Shown: positions 53,972 through 64,000 of the stretch, piece after piece
Position numbering within the stretch: position 1 is the stretch's first letter
How the letters are laid out: each line of letters starts with the position of its first letter
Assembly (NCBI GenBank): GCA_965204745.1
Contig: OZ242010.1
Coordinates: 4,384,001-4,448,000 of the forward strand
DNA length: 64,000 nt
Direction: 5' to 3'
Source of the DNA: Candidatus Latescibacterota bacterium
Lineage (GTDB): Bacteria; Latescibacterota; UBA2968
Program-made: the position numbers and the translations under genes
Notes under the pieces: generated by a model
Told to the model about the DNA's origin: nothing
The model's input: the letters and a program-made list of their open reading frames with translations, nothing else
The model's database searches: none

Positions 53972-56900
53972 CGCCACGCTACGCTCACTTGTTGGCCCTG
54001 ATCGTGCTGGTCATGCTGGTGGCATCGGGGCCGGCTTTTGCCCAAAGCACCGTCGACTACGACTTGGACAATGATGGCTACATTGATGTAGCCAACCTCG
54101 CACAACTCAACGCCATTCGCCACGACCTCAACGGCAACGGCGACGCCACGCACGCCGACTACCTCGCCGCATTCCCCAGCCGCGACACTACAACCACAGG
54201 GCGCATGGGTTGCCTGTCCGGGACATGCACGGGCTACGAACTCACCGCAAGCCTAGACTTCGACAGCGACAGAGATGGCGATGTTGACGCCAACGACCAT
54301 GGCGGTGCTTACTGGAACAACGGCGCGGGCTGGGTGCCCATCGGCTCTAATTCAAGCAGATACTCAGGCGATTTCAAGGGCAACGGATACACTATCAACA
54401 ATCTGTTCATCAGCCGCGGCGGCACCAACTACATCGGGCTTTTCGGTGTCAGTGCCAGCGGCGCCCGCCTCGAAACCTTAGGCATAACCAACGCCAATGT
54501 TAGAGGACAGCAGTTAGTCGGCATTTTGGTCGGCAGAAATTACGGCACAATTGTCGCCTGTTACACCACCGGCAAGGCGCAAGGCGACGCTTTTATAGGT
54601 GGAATAGTAGGCACCAGCAGCGCGACTATATCCACTAGCTACTCTACTGCCTATGTCAGCGGAACTAACTCTCTCGGCGGCCTAGTGGCTTATTCGTATG
54701 GCGGCACTGTAGAAAACTCCTACTCCACCGGCAGGGTCAGTGGTAGCTACAGCGTCGGCGGGTTAATGGGATTTATATATTATCTCAATAGCCCCCGCGT
54801 TACCGCCAGCTACTGGGACACCCAGACCAGCAATCAGAGCAATAGTGTTGCCGGCACAGGCCAGACCACCACCGCCCTCCAAGGTCCCACCGGCTACACC
54901 GGCATCTACGCCAACTGGAACGCCAACCTCGACGGACAAACCGGCAACGACAATCCGTGGACCTTTGGCAAGACAGATCAATATCCCGTGTTGAAATATG
55001 CCGGCATGGACACCACCGTGCAGTATAACTTGCAACCGCCGGGCATTCCGACAAGTGTGACCGTGACGCCACAAAGGGACACCTTGGACGTGCGTTGGCG
55101 TGCGGCGAGTTATGCGACGGGGTACAAGGTGCAGTGGAAAGCCGGCATGCAGAGCTACGCCGCCTCGCGTCAGGCGACCGTCGCGGATACGCTCCACCAG
55201 ATCCCCAACTTGATCGGCGGGACGACCTACACAGTGCGGGTCATTGCCACCAAGACCGGTGCCCGCGATGGCATGCCCTCGGCAGAGCAGACCGGCGTTC
55301 CCGCCGCGCTGGGCAGTCCGACTGTGATGGTGGCGGCGAAGGTGGACACGCTGACCGTGACTTGGAATGCGGTGCCCAACGCAGCCGGATATAAGGTGCA
55401 GTGGAAATCCGGGTCAGCGACTTATCCCACCTCCGATAGGGCGTTGGCCACGCATGGGCAAGCCACTATCGCTGGTGGGAGCACCACGATCCACAAAATT
55501 TCTGGGCTGACCGTAGGGACGACCTACACGGTTCAAGTCATCGCCACGAGTACCAATACCAATGTAGCCGACAGTACCCCCTCAGAGGAAGTGATCGTCC
55601 TTCTCGCGCTGGGTAGCCCGACGGGTGTGGAGGTGAGTGCGAAGGTGGACACGTCGACCGTGACTTGGAATGCGGTGCCCCTCGCAACCGGGTATAAGGT
55701 GCAGTGGAAATCCGGGGCAGAGACTTATCCCACCGCCGATGAGGAGTCCGCCACGCGCGGGCAAGCCACTATCGCTGGCGGGGGCACCACGATCCACAAA
55801 ATTTCTGGGCTGACCGCAGGGACGACCTACACGGTTCAAGTCATCGCCACGCACACCACAACGGCCGGCAACAGTGCCCCTTCGCAGGAAGTCATGGTGA
55901 CTGCGGCGACAACCAAACCCACCAATGTGCGCGTGACGCCGGGGCCGGGCCAACTCATTGTGGCTTGGACCGAGGCAACCGGCGCGACGGGCTACAAGGT
56001 GCAGTGGAAGTCCGGGCAACAGACCTACAACACATCTGATCGCCAGACGACGGTCTCTGGGATGAGCACCACGACCTACACGATAGAGAACCTGACTTTT
56101 GGCACGACCTACACCGTGCGCGTCACTGCTACCATGGCAGGTGGGACCGATAGTGATCCCTCGGACGAGGTCATAGGCACGCCCCAAAGGATCAATTACG
56201 ACAGGGATGGCGATGGCCTCATCGACATTAAGACGCTGGCACAACTGCATGCCATCCGCTGGGATCTCAACGGCGATGGGGTCGTCGCCGATAATGATAC
56301 CATGAACTACAACGCCGCCTTTCCCAGCCGCGACATCACCAGCAATGTCCGGATGGGTTGCCCTTCCGGAACCTGCACAGGCTACGAACTGCTCAACAAC
56401 CTCAACTTTGACGAGAATGGCGACGACCAAATCACCTCAGCAGACGCCACCTACTGGAACAACGGCGACGGCTGGTTGCCCATCGGCACAAACGCCGCCA
56501 GATACACCGGCGATTTCAAGGGCAACGGCTACACTATCGACAACCTGACCATCAACCGCCCCTCCCTCACTGAAGTGGGATTATTCGGCAATGCCGACAC
56601 CGCCTCCCGCATCGAGTCCGTCGGCGTAACCAACGCCAGTGTTGCGGGAGGCGAATATGCCGCCGCTCTGGTCGGCGCCCTGCGCGGCACAGTCGTCGCC
56701 TGCTACTCCACCGGCAACGTTTCGGCGACGACTAGGGTCGCCGGTGGACTGGTCGGATGGACGCCCAACGCCATTACCTCAAGCTACTCCACCGCATCCG
56801 TCAGCGGCCCCGAGCACGTCGGCGGACTGCTGGGAGCAAGCCAAGGCGGCTCCGTAACGAACTCCTACTCCACCGGCACGGTTACCGGCACCGGCAGTTC

Positions 56901-59900
56901 TCCACTCGTCGGCGGGTTGATAGGCTCCGGCACGGGCGGCACCGCAAGCTACTGGGACACCCAAACCAGCGGCTGTACATCCGGCGGCAACAACGGTTGC
57001 ACAACCAGCGCCGGCGGTGGCGGCGTTACCGGACTGACGACCAGCGAGCTCATAAGCCCCACCACCTACGGTGCCACCAGCAACGACACCTACTACGGCT
57101 GGAACGCCAACCTCGACGGACAACCCGGCAACGACGATCCGTGGACCTTTGGCGCGACAGATCAGTATCCGGTCTTGAAATATGCCGGCATGGACACCAC
57201 CGCGCAATTTCAGCTCCAACCCGCGAGAGTGATGTTGACCCTGATGCCCTCGTCGATCTCGGAAAGCGGCGGGATGAGCACCGTGACCGCGACGCTGGCA
57301 CACCCGTTGAGCGCGGCCACGACGATCACGGTGCGCCCGGTGGCGGATGCTTACACGGTGGGGTCGGATTCGACGATCACCATCGCGACCGGGAGCACGG
57401 CGAACGCGTCGGACACGGTGGTCATCACAGCGGTGGACAACACCCAAGACGCGCCTAATCGCGACGTGGACATGTCCGTTGTGGCGGGCAACGCCCAAGG
57501 CGCGGGCAGTGTGACCGAGGCGACTTTGACGTTGGAGGACGACGACCCTGCACCGACAGCGACGTTGGCGGCGTCACCGGCGTCAATTTCGGAGAACGGC
57601 GCGGTTTCGACGATCACGGCGTCGCTATCGCGTCCATCGAGCGCGGCCACGACGATCACGGTGCGCCCGGTGGCGGGTGCTTACACGGTGGGTTCGGATA
57701 CGACGATCACCATCGCGGCCGGGGACACGATTAACGCGTCGGATACGGTGGTCATCACATCGGTGGACAATCCCCAAGACGCGCCTAATCGCGACGTGAC
57801 CGTGTCCGGTGTGATGAGCAACACCCAAGGCGCGGGCAGTGTGACCGGGGCGGCTTTGACTCTGACAGACGACGACGCTGCGCCGGACGTGACGCTGGCA
57901 CTGATGCCCTCGTCCATCTCGGAAAACAGTGGGGTTTCGACGGTGACGGCAACGCTGTCGCATTCGTCGAGCGCGGCCACGACGATCACGGTGCGCCCGG
58001 TGGCGGGTGCTTACACGGTGGCGGCGACGGATTCGACGATCACCATCGCGGCTGGGCAAACCGCGAACGCGTCGGACACGGTGGTCATTACAGCGGTGAA
58101 CAACGACATAGACGCAATGGACAACGAGGTGATGGTGCAGGCCGATGTGGAGAACGACCACGGCGCGGGCACCGTGCAGGCTGTGACGCTGACGATCACA
58201 GACGATATGGGCACGCCCCAAGCGATCAATTACGACAGCGATGGCGATGGCCTCATCGACATTAAGACGCTGGCACAACTGCATGCCATCCGCTGGGATC
58301 TCAACGGCGATGGGGTCGTCGCCGATAGTGATACCACGAACTACAACGCCGCCTTTCCCGGTCGCGACACCACCAGTAGCGGCCGGATGGGTTGCCCTTC
58401 AGGAACCTGTACCGGCTACGAACTGATGAACAACCTCAACTTTGATGAGAATGGCGACGGCGAAATCACCTCAGCAGACGCCACCTACTGGAATAGCAAC
58501 GCGGGTTGGCTCCCTATTGGGACTTACACTGGTACGTTCAAAGGCAATAACAAGACCATCTCCAACCTGTACATCAACCGTGGCGGTACCGTCTCCAACC
58601 TGGGAATCGTCAGTGGCGGTCAGGATGATGTTGGGCTGTTCGGTCGTGTCAGCGGCAACATTTCCGGTCTGGGGCTGAAAAATGTCAATGTAAGAGGCAA
58701 AAACCGAGTGGGTGGGCTGGTCGGCGAACAGGTGGGAGGCCGCATCCTGGGCTGTTATGTCACGGGTCGCGTTGAGGGTACTGGTCACCATGTGGGCGGT
58801 TTGGTGGGTAATTCAAGCGGCAATAATACCATCATCGCGGCCAGCTATGCCGATGCTGAGGTCTCCGGAGGGCTTATTCACGAAGGGGTAGGCGGTTTGG
58901 TGGGCAAACTATATGCTACGGTGATAGCGTCCTACGCCATCGGGCCGGTGACTGGAAGGTCGAGGGTCGGCGGTTTGGTGGGGCTCTTGGTCATTTCTCC
59001 TAGTTCGGTTAGTACCAGCTATGCCACGGGGACAGTCACTGGGCAAGTATCCAGCCTTCTAGGCGGATTGATCGGGAGGGCACAATCACAATCAGTGTCC
59101 CATAGTTACTGGGATAGGGAAAGTAGCGGTCTTTCATCCAGTGCTCGCGGCACGGGCCAGACCACCAGCGCGTTGCAGTCGGAAACGGATTACGACGGCA
59201 TCTACGCCAACTGGAATGTGGATGTCGATGGCAGGTCTGGCAATGACGATCCGTGGACCTTTGGCGCGGCGGATCAGTATCCGGTCTTGAAATATGCTGG
59301 CATGGATACCACCGCACAATTTGCAATGCAACCGCCGGGCATTCCGACAAGTGTGACCGTGACGGGGCAAACGGACACCTTGGACATGCGCTGGACTGCG
59401 GCGAGTTATGCGACGGGGTACAAAGTGCAGTGGAAATCCGGCATGCAGAGCTACGACGCCTCGCGTCAGGCCACCACCACAGAGACGCGCCACAAGATTT
59501 CCAACTTGACGGCGGGGACGACCTACACAGTGCGTGTCATTGCCACCAAGACCGGTGCCCGCGATGGCCGGCCCTCGGCAGAGCAGACCGGCGTTCCCAC
59601 CACCACGCTGGGCAGTCCGACTGTGATGGTGGCGGCGACGGTGGACACGTTGACCGTGACTTGGAATGTGGTGCCCAACGCAACTGGGTATAAGGTGCAG
59701 TGGAAATCCGGGTCAGAAACTTATCCCAACGCCGATCTGGAGACCTCCGCCACGCGCGGGCAAGCCACCATCGCTGGCGGGAACACCGCGATCCACAAAA
59801 TTTCTGGGCTGACCGCAGGGACGACCTACACGGTTCGCGTCATCGCCACGAGTACCAATATCCATGTAGTCGACAGTGCCCCTTCGGCAGAGCAGACCGG

Positions 59901-62900
59901 CATTTCCGTGCTGGGTAGCCCGACGGGTGTGGAGGTGAGTGCGACGGCGGACACGCTGACCGTGACTTGGAATGCGGTGTCCAACGCAACCGGGTATAAG
60001 GTGCAGTGGAAATCCGGGTCAGAGACTTATCCCAACGCCGATCTGGCGTCTGCCTTGCGCGGGCAAGCCACTATCGCTGACGGGCGCACCGCGACCTACG
60101 ATATTTCTGGGCTGACCACAGGGACGACTTACACGATTCGCGTCATCGCCACGCGTACCAATGTAGCCGACAGTGCCCCCTCGGAGGAAGTGACCGGCGT
60201 TCCCGTGCTGGGTAGCCCGACGGGTGTGGAGGTGAGTGCGAAAGTGGACACGCTGACCGTGACTTGGAATGTGGTGCCCAACGCCACCGGGTATAAGGTG
60301 CAGTGGAAATCCGGGTCAGAGACTTATCCCAACGCCGATCTGGCGTCTGCCTTGCGCGGGCAAGCCACTATCGCTGACGGGAGTGCCACGACCCACAAAA
60401 TTTCTGGGCTGACCGCAGGGACGACCTACACGATTCGCGTCATCGCCACACGTACCAATGTAGCCGACAGTGCCCCTTCGGAGGAAGTCATGGTGACCTC
60501 GGCGACAAACAAACCCACCAATGTGCGCGTGACGCCGGGGATAGCCCAACTCATTGTGCGTTGGACCGAGGCAACCGGCGCGACGGGCTACAAGGTGCAG
60601 TGGAAGTCCGGTGGACAAAGCTACAACACATCTGATCGCCAGGAGACGGTCTCTGGAGGCAGCACCACGACCTACACGATAGAGAACCTGACGATAGGCA
60701 CGACCTACACCGTGCGCGTCCTTGCCACCCTGGCAGGTGGGACCGATAGCACGCCCTCGGACGAGGTCATGGGCACGCCCCCGGGGATCAATTACGACAG
60801 CGATGGCGATGGCCTCATCGACATTAAGACGCTGGCACAACTGCATGCCATCCGCTGGGATCTCAACGGCGATGGGGCCATAGATGCAAGTGTCTCGACC
60901 AGCGATACGACCGCCTACAACGCCGCCTTTCCCAACCGCGATACTACCAGCAATGTCCGAATGGGCTGCCCTTCCGGGACCTGCACAGGCTACGAACTGA
61001 TGGCGAATCTCAACTTTGATGAGAACGACGACGGCGAAATCACCTCAGCAGACGCCACCTACTGGAATGGCAACGCGGGTTGGCAACCCATTGGGACTTA
61101 CACCGGTACGTTCAAGGGCAATAACAAGACCATCTTCAACCTGTACATCAACCGCGGCGGTACCGTCTCCAACCTGGGAATCAGTGGCGGTCAGGATGAT
61201 GTTGGGCTGTTCGGTCGTGTCAGCGGCAACATTTCCGGTCTGGGGCTGAAAAATGTCAATGTAAGAGGCAAAAACCGAGTGGGTGGGCTGGTCGGCGAAC
61301 AGGTGGGAGGCCGCATCCTGGGCTGTTATGTCACGGGTCGCGTTGAGGGTACTGGTCACCATGTGGGCGGTTTGGTGGGTCATTCAAGCGGCAATAATAC
61401 CATCATCGCGGCCAGCTATGCCAATGCTGATGTCTCCGGAGGGCTTTTGCATGAAGGGGTCGGCGGTTTGGTGGGCAGACTATATGCTACGGTGATAGCG
61501 TCCTACGCCATCGGGCCGGTGACTGGAAGGTCGAGGGTCGGCGGTTTGGTGGGGAGGTTGGACATTTCTCATAGTTCGGTTAGTACCAGCTATGCCACGG
61601 GGACAGTCACTGGGAACAACCAAACATCCACCTTTCTAGGCGGATTGATCGGGAGGGCACAATCACAATCAGTGTCCCATAGTTACTGGGATAGGCAAAG
61701 TAGCGGTCTCTCATCCAGTGCTCGTGGCACGGGCCAGACCACCAGCGCGTTGCAGTCGGAAACGGATTACAACGGCATCTACGCCAATTGGAATGTGGAT
61801 GTCGATGGCAGGTCTGGCAATGACGAGCCGTGGACCTTTGGCGCGGCGGATCAATATCCCGTGTTGAAATATGCCGGCATGGACACCGCCGCACAATTTG
61901 CAATGCAACCGCCGGGCATTCCGACAAGTGTGACCGTGACGCCACAACCGAGTGCCTTGGACGTGCGCTGGACCGCGGCGAGTTATGCGACGGGGTACAA
62001 GGTGCAGTGGAAAGCCGGCGGGCAGAACTACGACGCCTCGCGTCAGGCCACCACCACAGAGACGCGCCGCAAGATCTCCAACTTGGCGGTTGGGACGACC
62101 TACACAGTGCGCGTCATTGCCACCAAGACAGGTGCGAGCGATGGCCGGCCCTCGTCAGAGGTCGCGGGCACCATAACGATTATGAATTACGATAGCGATG
62201 GCGATGGCCTCATCGACATTAAGACGCTGGCGCAACTGCATGCCATCCGCCACGACCTCAACGGCGATGGGGTCGTCGCCGATAGTGATACCATGACCTA
62301 CAACGCCGCCTTTCCTGAGCGCAACACCACCAGCAATGGCCGGATGGGTTGCCCGTCCGGCATATGCACGGGCTACGAACTCGTCGCAAGTCTTGACTTT
62401 GACAGCGACAGCGACGGCGATGTTGACGCCAATGACCACGCCGGTGCCTACTGGAACAGCGGCACCGGCTGGTCCCCAATCGGCAATAATTCTGTCAGAT
62501 ACACAAGCGATTTCAAGGGCAACGGTCACACTATCAACCACCTGTTCATCAGCCGTAGCAACACCGACAATGTCGGGCTGTTCGGTGGTATTCACAGCAC
62601 ATCTCGCATCGAGACGCTGGGCATAATCAACGCCAATGTCACAGGAAGGGGATATAGCGGCATTCTGGCAGGCAGAAGCTACGGCACAGTCGTCGCCTGT
62701 TATACCACCGGCGCAGTGCAAGGCGGAGATAGCGTTGGTGGATTAGTTGGCTACCAAAACCAAAACTCAGCAGTTATCAACTCCAGCTACTCTACTGCAT
62801 CCGTCAGCGGTGCCTCCTATGTCGGCGGACTGGTCGGGCGCAAGTTTGGCAATGTAACAAACTCATACTCCACAGGCAGGGTCAGCGGAACCGGAGGCAA

Positions 62901-64000
62901 CATCGGCGGGCTAATCGGATCCTCTACTACAGGTAGCACAACCAATAGTTACTGGGACACCTCCACCAGCACCCGTGCCACCAGCGGGGGCGGCGGCACG
63001 GGCAAGACCACCAGTGAGCTCCAGAGCCAGACCACCTACGGTGCCACCAGCGACGACACCTACTACAACTGGAACGCCAACCTCGACGGACAAGCCGGCA
63101 ACGACGATCCGTGGACCTTTGGCAAGACGGATCAGTATCCGGTGTTGAAGTATGCCGGCATGGATACCACCGTGCAATTTCAGCTCCAACCCGCGGTAGT
63201 GATGTTGACCCTGATGCCCTCGACGATCTCGGAAAACAGTGGGGTTTCGACGGTGACCGCGACGCTGGCACACCCATTGAGCGCGGCAACGACGATCACA
63301 GTGCGTCCGGTGGCGGATGCCTACACGGTGGGGTCGGATTCGACGATCACCATCGCGGCCGGGAGCACGGCGAACGCGACGGATACCGTGGTCATTACAG
63401 CGGTGAACAACACCCAAGACGCGCCTAATCGCGACGTGACCGTGTCCGTTGTGGCACGCAACGCCCAAGGCGTGGGCAGTGTGACCGAGGCGACCTTGAC
63501 GCTGGAGGACGATGACGCCGCGCCGGACGTGACACTAATGCTGTCGCCCGCGTCCATCTCGGAGAACGGCGGTGTCTCGACGGTGACTGCGACGCTGTCT
63601 CATGCGTCAAGCGCGGCGACAACGATCACGGTGCGCCCGGTGGCGAATGCTTATACCGTAGGGTCGGATTCGACGATCACCATCGCGGCCGGGGATACGA
63701 CGAACGCGGCGGACACAGTAGAGATCACGGCGGTGGACAACACCCAAGACGCGCCTAATCGCAATGTGACCGTGTCCGGTGTAGCGAACAACGACCAAGG
63801 CGCGGGCAGTGTGACCGGCGCGGCTTTGACGATCACAGACGATGACGCGGCCCCGGACGTGACGATGATGGTGGCACCGGCGTTGATTTCTGAAGCTGGC
63901 GCGGTTTCGACCGTGACAGCGACCCTCTCGCACCCATCGAGCGCGGCGACGACGATCACGGTTTCAGCGTCGGCTGTGTCGCCTGCGGTTCCTGGCGATT
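53968..64000 (+). CDS. Giant secreted adhesin-like protein G3, 3'-partial (>3340 aa): 5 GLUG-like modules, 10 Fn3 repeats, Ig/Calx-like repeats
   Basis: Frame 1 translates MTPRYAHLLALIVLVMLVASGPAFAQ and stays in frame at the points checked up to the last base; absence from the ORF track fits a missing stop; ATGYKVQWKSG Fn3 repeats. Confidence 0.9.
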   Translation, partial: MTPRYAHLLALIVLVMLVASGPAFAQSTVDYDLDNDGYIDVANLAQLNAIRHDLNGNGDATHADYLAAFPSRDTTTTGRMGCLSGTCTGYELTASLDFDSDRDGDVDANDHGGAYWNNGAGWVPIGSNSSRYSGDFKGNGYTINNLFISRGGTNYIGLFGVSASGARLETLGITNANVRGQQLVGILVGRNYGTIVACYTTGKAQGDAFIGGIVGTSSATISTSYSTAYVSGTNSLGGLVAYSYGGTVENSYSTGRVSGSYSVGGLMGFIYYLNSPRVTASYWDTQTSNQSNSVAGTGQTTTALQGPTGYTGIYANWNANLDGQTGNDNPWTFGKTDQYPVLKYAGMDTTVQYNLQPPGIPTSVTVTPQRDTLDVRWRAASYATGYKVQWKAGMQSYAASRQATVADTLHQIPNLIGGTTYTVRVIATKTGARDGMPSAEQTGVPAALGSPTVMVAAKVDTLTVTWNAVPNAAGYKVQWKSGSATYPTSDRALATHGQATIAGGSTTIHKISGLTVGTTYTVQVIATSTNTNVADSTPSEEVIVLLALGSPTGVEVSAKVDTSTVTWNAVPLATGYKVQWKSGAETYPTADEESATRGQATIAGGGTTIHKISGLTAGTTYTVQVIATHTTTAGNSAPSQEVMVTAATTKPTNVRVTPGPGQLIVAWTEATGATGYKVQWKSGQQTYNTSDRQTTVSGMSTTTYTIENLTFGTTYTVRVTATMAGGTDSDPSDEVIGTPQRINYDRDGDGLIDIKTLAQLHAIRWDLNGDGVVADNDTMNYNAAFPSRDITSNVRMGCPSGTCTGYELLNNLNFDENGDDQITSADATYWNNGDGWLPIGTNAARYTGDFKGNGYTIDNLTINRPSLTEVGLFGNADTASRIESVGVTNASVAGGEYAAALVGALRGTVVACYSTGNVSATTRVAGGLVGWTPNAITSSYSTASVSGPEHVGGLLGASQGGSVTNSYSTGTVTGTGSSPLVGGLIGSGTGGTASYWDTQTSGCTSGGNNGCTTSAGGGGVTGLTTSELISPTTYGATSNDTYYGWNANLDGQPGNDDPWTFGATDQYPVLKYAGMDTTAQFQLQPARVMLTLMPSSISESGGMSTVTATLAHPLSAATTITVRPVADAYTVGSDSTITIATGSTANASDTVVITAVDNTQDAPNRDVDMSVVAGNAQGAGSVTEATLTLEDDDPAPTATLAASPASISENGAVSTITASLSRPSSAATTITVRPVAGAYTVGSDTTITIAAGDTINASDTVVITSVDNPQDAPNRDVTVSGVMSNTQGAGSVTGAALTLTDDDAAPDVTLALMPSSISENSGVSTVTATLSHSSSAATTITVRPVAGAYTVAATDSTITIAAGQTANASDTVVITAVNNDIDAMDNEVMVQADVENDHGAGTVQAVTLTITDDMGTPQAINYDSDGDGLIDIKTLAQLHAIRWDLNGDGVVADSDTTNYNAAFPGRDTTSSGRMGCPSGTCTGYELMNNLNFDENGDGEITSADATYWNSNAGWLPIGTYTGTFKGNNKTISNLYINRGGTVSNLGIVSGGQDDVGLFGRVSGNISGLGLKNVNVRGKNRVGGLVGEQVGGRILGCYVTGRVEGTGHHVGGLVGNSSGNNTIIAASYADAEVSGGLIHEGVGGLVGKLYATVIASYAIGPVTGRSRVGGLVGLLVISPSSVSTSYATGTVTGQVSSLLGGLIGRAQSQSVSHSYWDRESSGLSSSARGTGQTTSALQSETDYDGIYANWNVDVDGRSGNDDPWTFGAADQYPVLKYAGMDTTAQFAMQPPGIPTSVTVTGQTDTLDMRWTAASYATGYKVQWKSGMQSYDASRQATTTETRHKISNLTAGTTYTVRVIATKTGARDGRPSAEQTGVPTTTLGSPTVMVAATVDTLTVTWNVVPNATGYKVQWKSGSETYPNADLETSATRGQATIAGGNTAIHKISGLTAGTTYTVRVIATSTNIHVVDSAPSAEQTGISVLGSPTGVEVSATADTLTVTWNAVSNATGYKVQWKSGSETYPNADLASALRGQATIADGRTATYDISGLTTGTTYTIRVIATRTNVADSAPSEEVTGVPVLGSPTGVEVSAKVDTLTVTWNVVPNATGYKVQWKSGSETYPNADLASALRGQATIADGSATTHKISGLTAGTTYTIRVIATRTNVADSAPSEEVMVTSATNKPTNVRVTPGIAQLIVRWTEATGATGYKVQWKSGGQSYNTSDRQETVSGGSTTTYTIENLTIGTTYTVRVLATLAGGTDSTPSDEVMGTPPGINYDSDGDGLIDIKTLAQLHAIRWDLNGDGAIDASVSTSDTTAYNAAFPNRDTTSNVRMGCPSGTCTGYELMANLNFDENDDGEITSADATYWNGNAGWQPIGTYTGTFKGNNKTIFNLYINRGGTVSNLGISGGQDDVGLFGRVSGNISGLGLKNVNVRGKNRVGGLVGEQVGGRILGCYVTGRVEGTGHHVGGLVGHSSGNNTIIAASYANADVSGGLLHEGVGGLVGRLYATVIASYAIGPVTGRSRVGGLVGRLDISHSSVSTSYATGTVTGNNQTSTFLGGLIGRAQSQSVSHSYWDRQSSGLSSSARGTGQTTSALQSETDYNGIYANWNVDVDGRSGNDEPWTFGAADQYPVLKYAGMDTAAQFAMQPPGIPTSVTVTPQPSALDVRWTAASYATGYKVQWKAGGQNYDASRQATTTETRRKISNLAVGTTYTVRVIATKTGASDGRPSSEVAGTITIMNYDSDGDGLIDIKTLAQLHAIRHDLNGDGVVADSDTMTYNAAFPERNTTSNGRMGCPSGICTGYELVASLDFDSDSDGDVDANDHAGAYWNSGTGWSPIGNNSVRYTSDFKGNGHTINHLFISRSNTDNVGLFGGIHSTSRIETLGIINANVTGRGYSGILAGRSYGTVVACYTTGAVQGGDSVGGLVGYQNQNSAVINSSYSTASVSGASYVGGLVGRKFGNVTNSYSTGRVSGTGGNIGGLIGSSTTGSTTNSYWDTSTSTRATSGGGGTGKTTSELQSQTTYGATSDDTYYNWNANLDGQAGNDDPWTFGKTDQYPVLKYAGMDTTVQFQLQPAVVMLTLMPSTISENSGVSTVTATLAHPLSAATTITVRPVADAYTVGSDSTITIAAGSTANATDTVVITAVNNTQDAPNRDVTVSVVARNAQGVGSVTEATLTLEDDDAAPDVTLMLSPASISENGGVSTVTATLSHASSAATTITVRPVANAYTVGSDSTITIAAGDTTNAADTVEITAVDNTQDAPNRNVTVSGVANNDQGAGSVTGAALTITDDDAAPDVTMMVAPALISEAGAVSTVTATLSHPSSAATTITVSASAVSPAVPGD

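Overview
GC-rich bacterial window, about half of it occupied by three paralogous giant, modular, Sec-secreted surface proteins: 1228 aa (17205-20891, -), about 6290 aa (21236-40114, -), and a >3340 aa gene (53968 to past the window end, +) that the ORF track misses because its stop lies outside the window. They are built from GLUG-like beta-solenoid modules, Calx-beta/Ig-like repeats, fibronectin III repeats and an LDL-receptor YWTD propeller; the two complete genes share a twin dockerin/EF-hand-like C-terminus. The most novel signal is upstream of these genes: a conserved, unannotated ~56-aa leader peptide whose stop overlaps the adhesin start (ATGA). In the largest gene a C20 homopolymer next to the ribosome-binding site sets whether the leader is coupled or fused, a candidate phase-variation/translational switch. 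The rest is housekeeping and catabolism (Ldh_2 dehydrogenase, tRNA-Lys, moaC, guaA, thiolase, alr, sbcCD, GH29 fucosidase), two compositionally distinct defence-like inserts (HEPN-like + DUF2283 + DNA methyltransferase; GHKL-ATPase/DUF3883), gene remnants, and intergenic mosaics of REP-, MITE- and heptamer-type repeats. The domain repertoire recalls marine sponge symbionts (inference only). All family calls come from motif recognition, not database searches.
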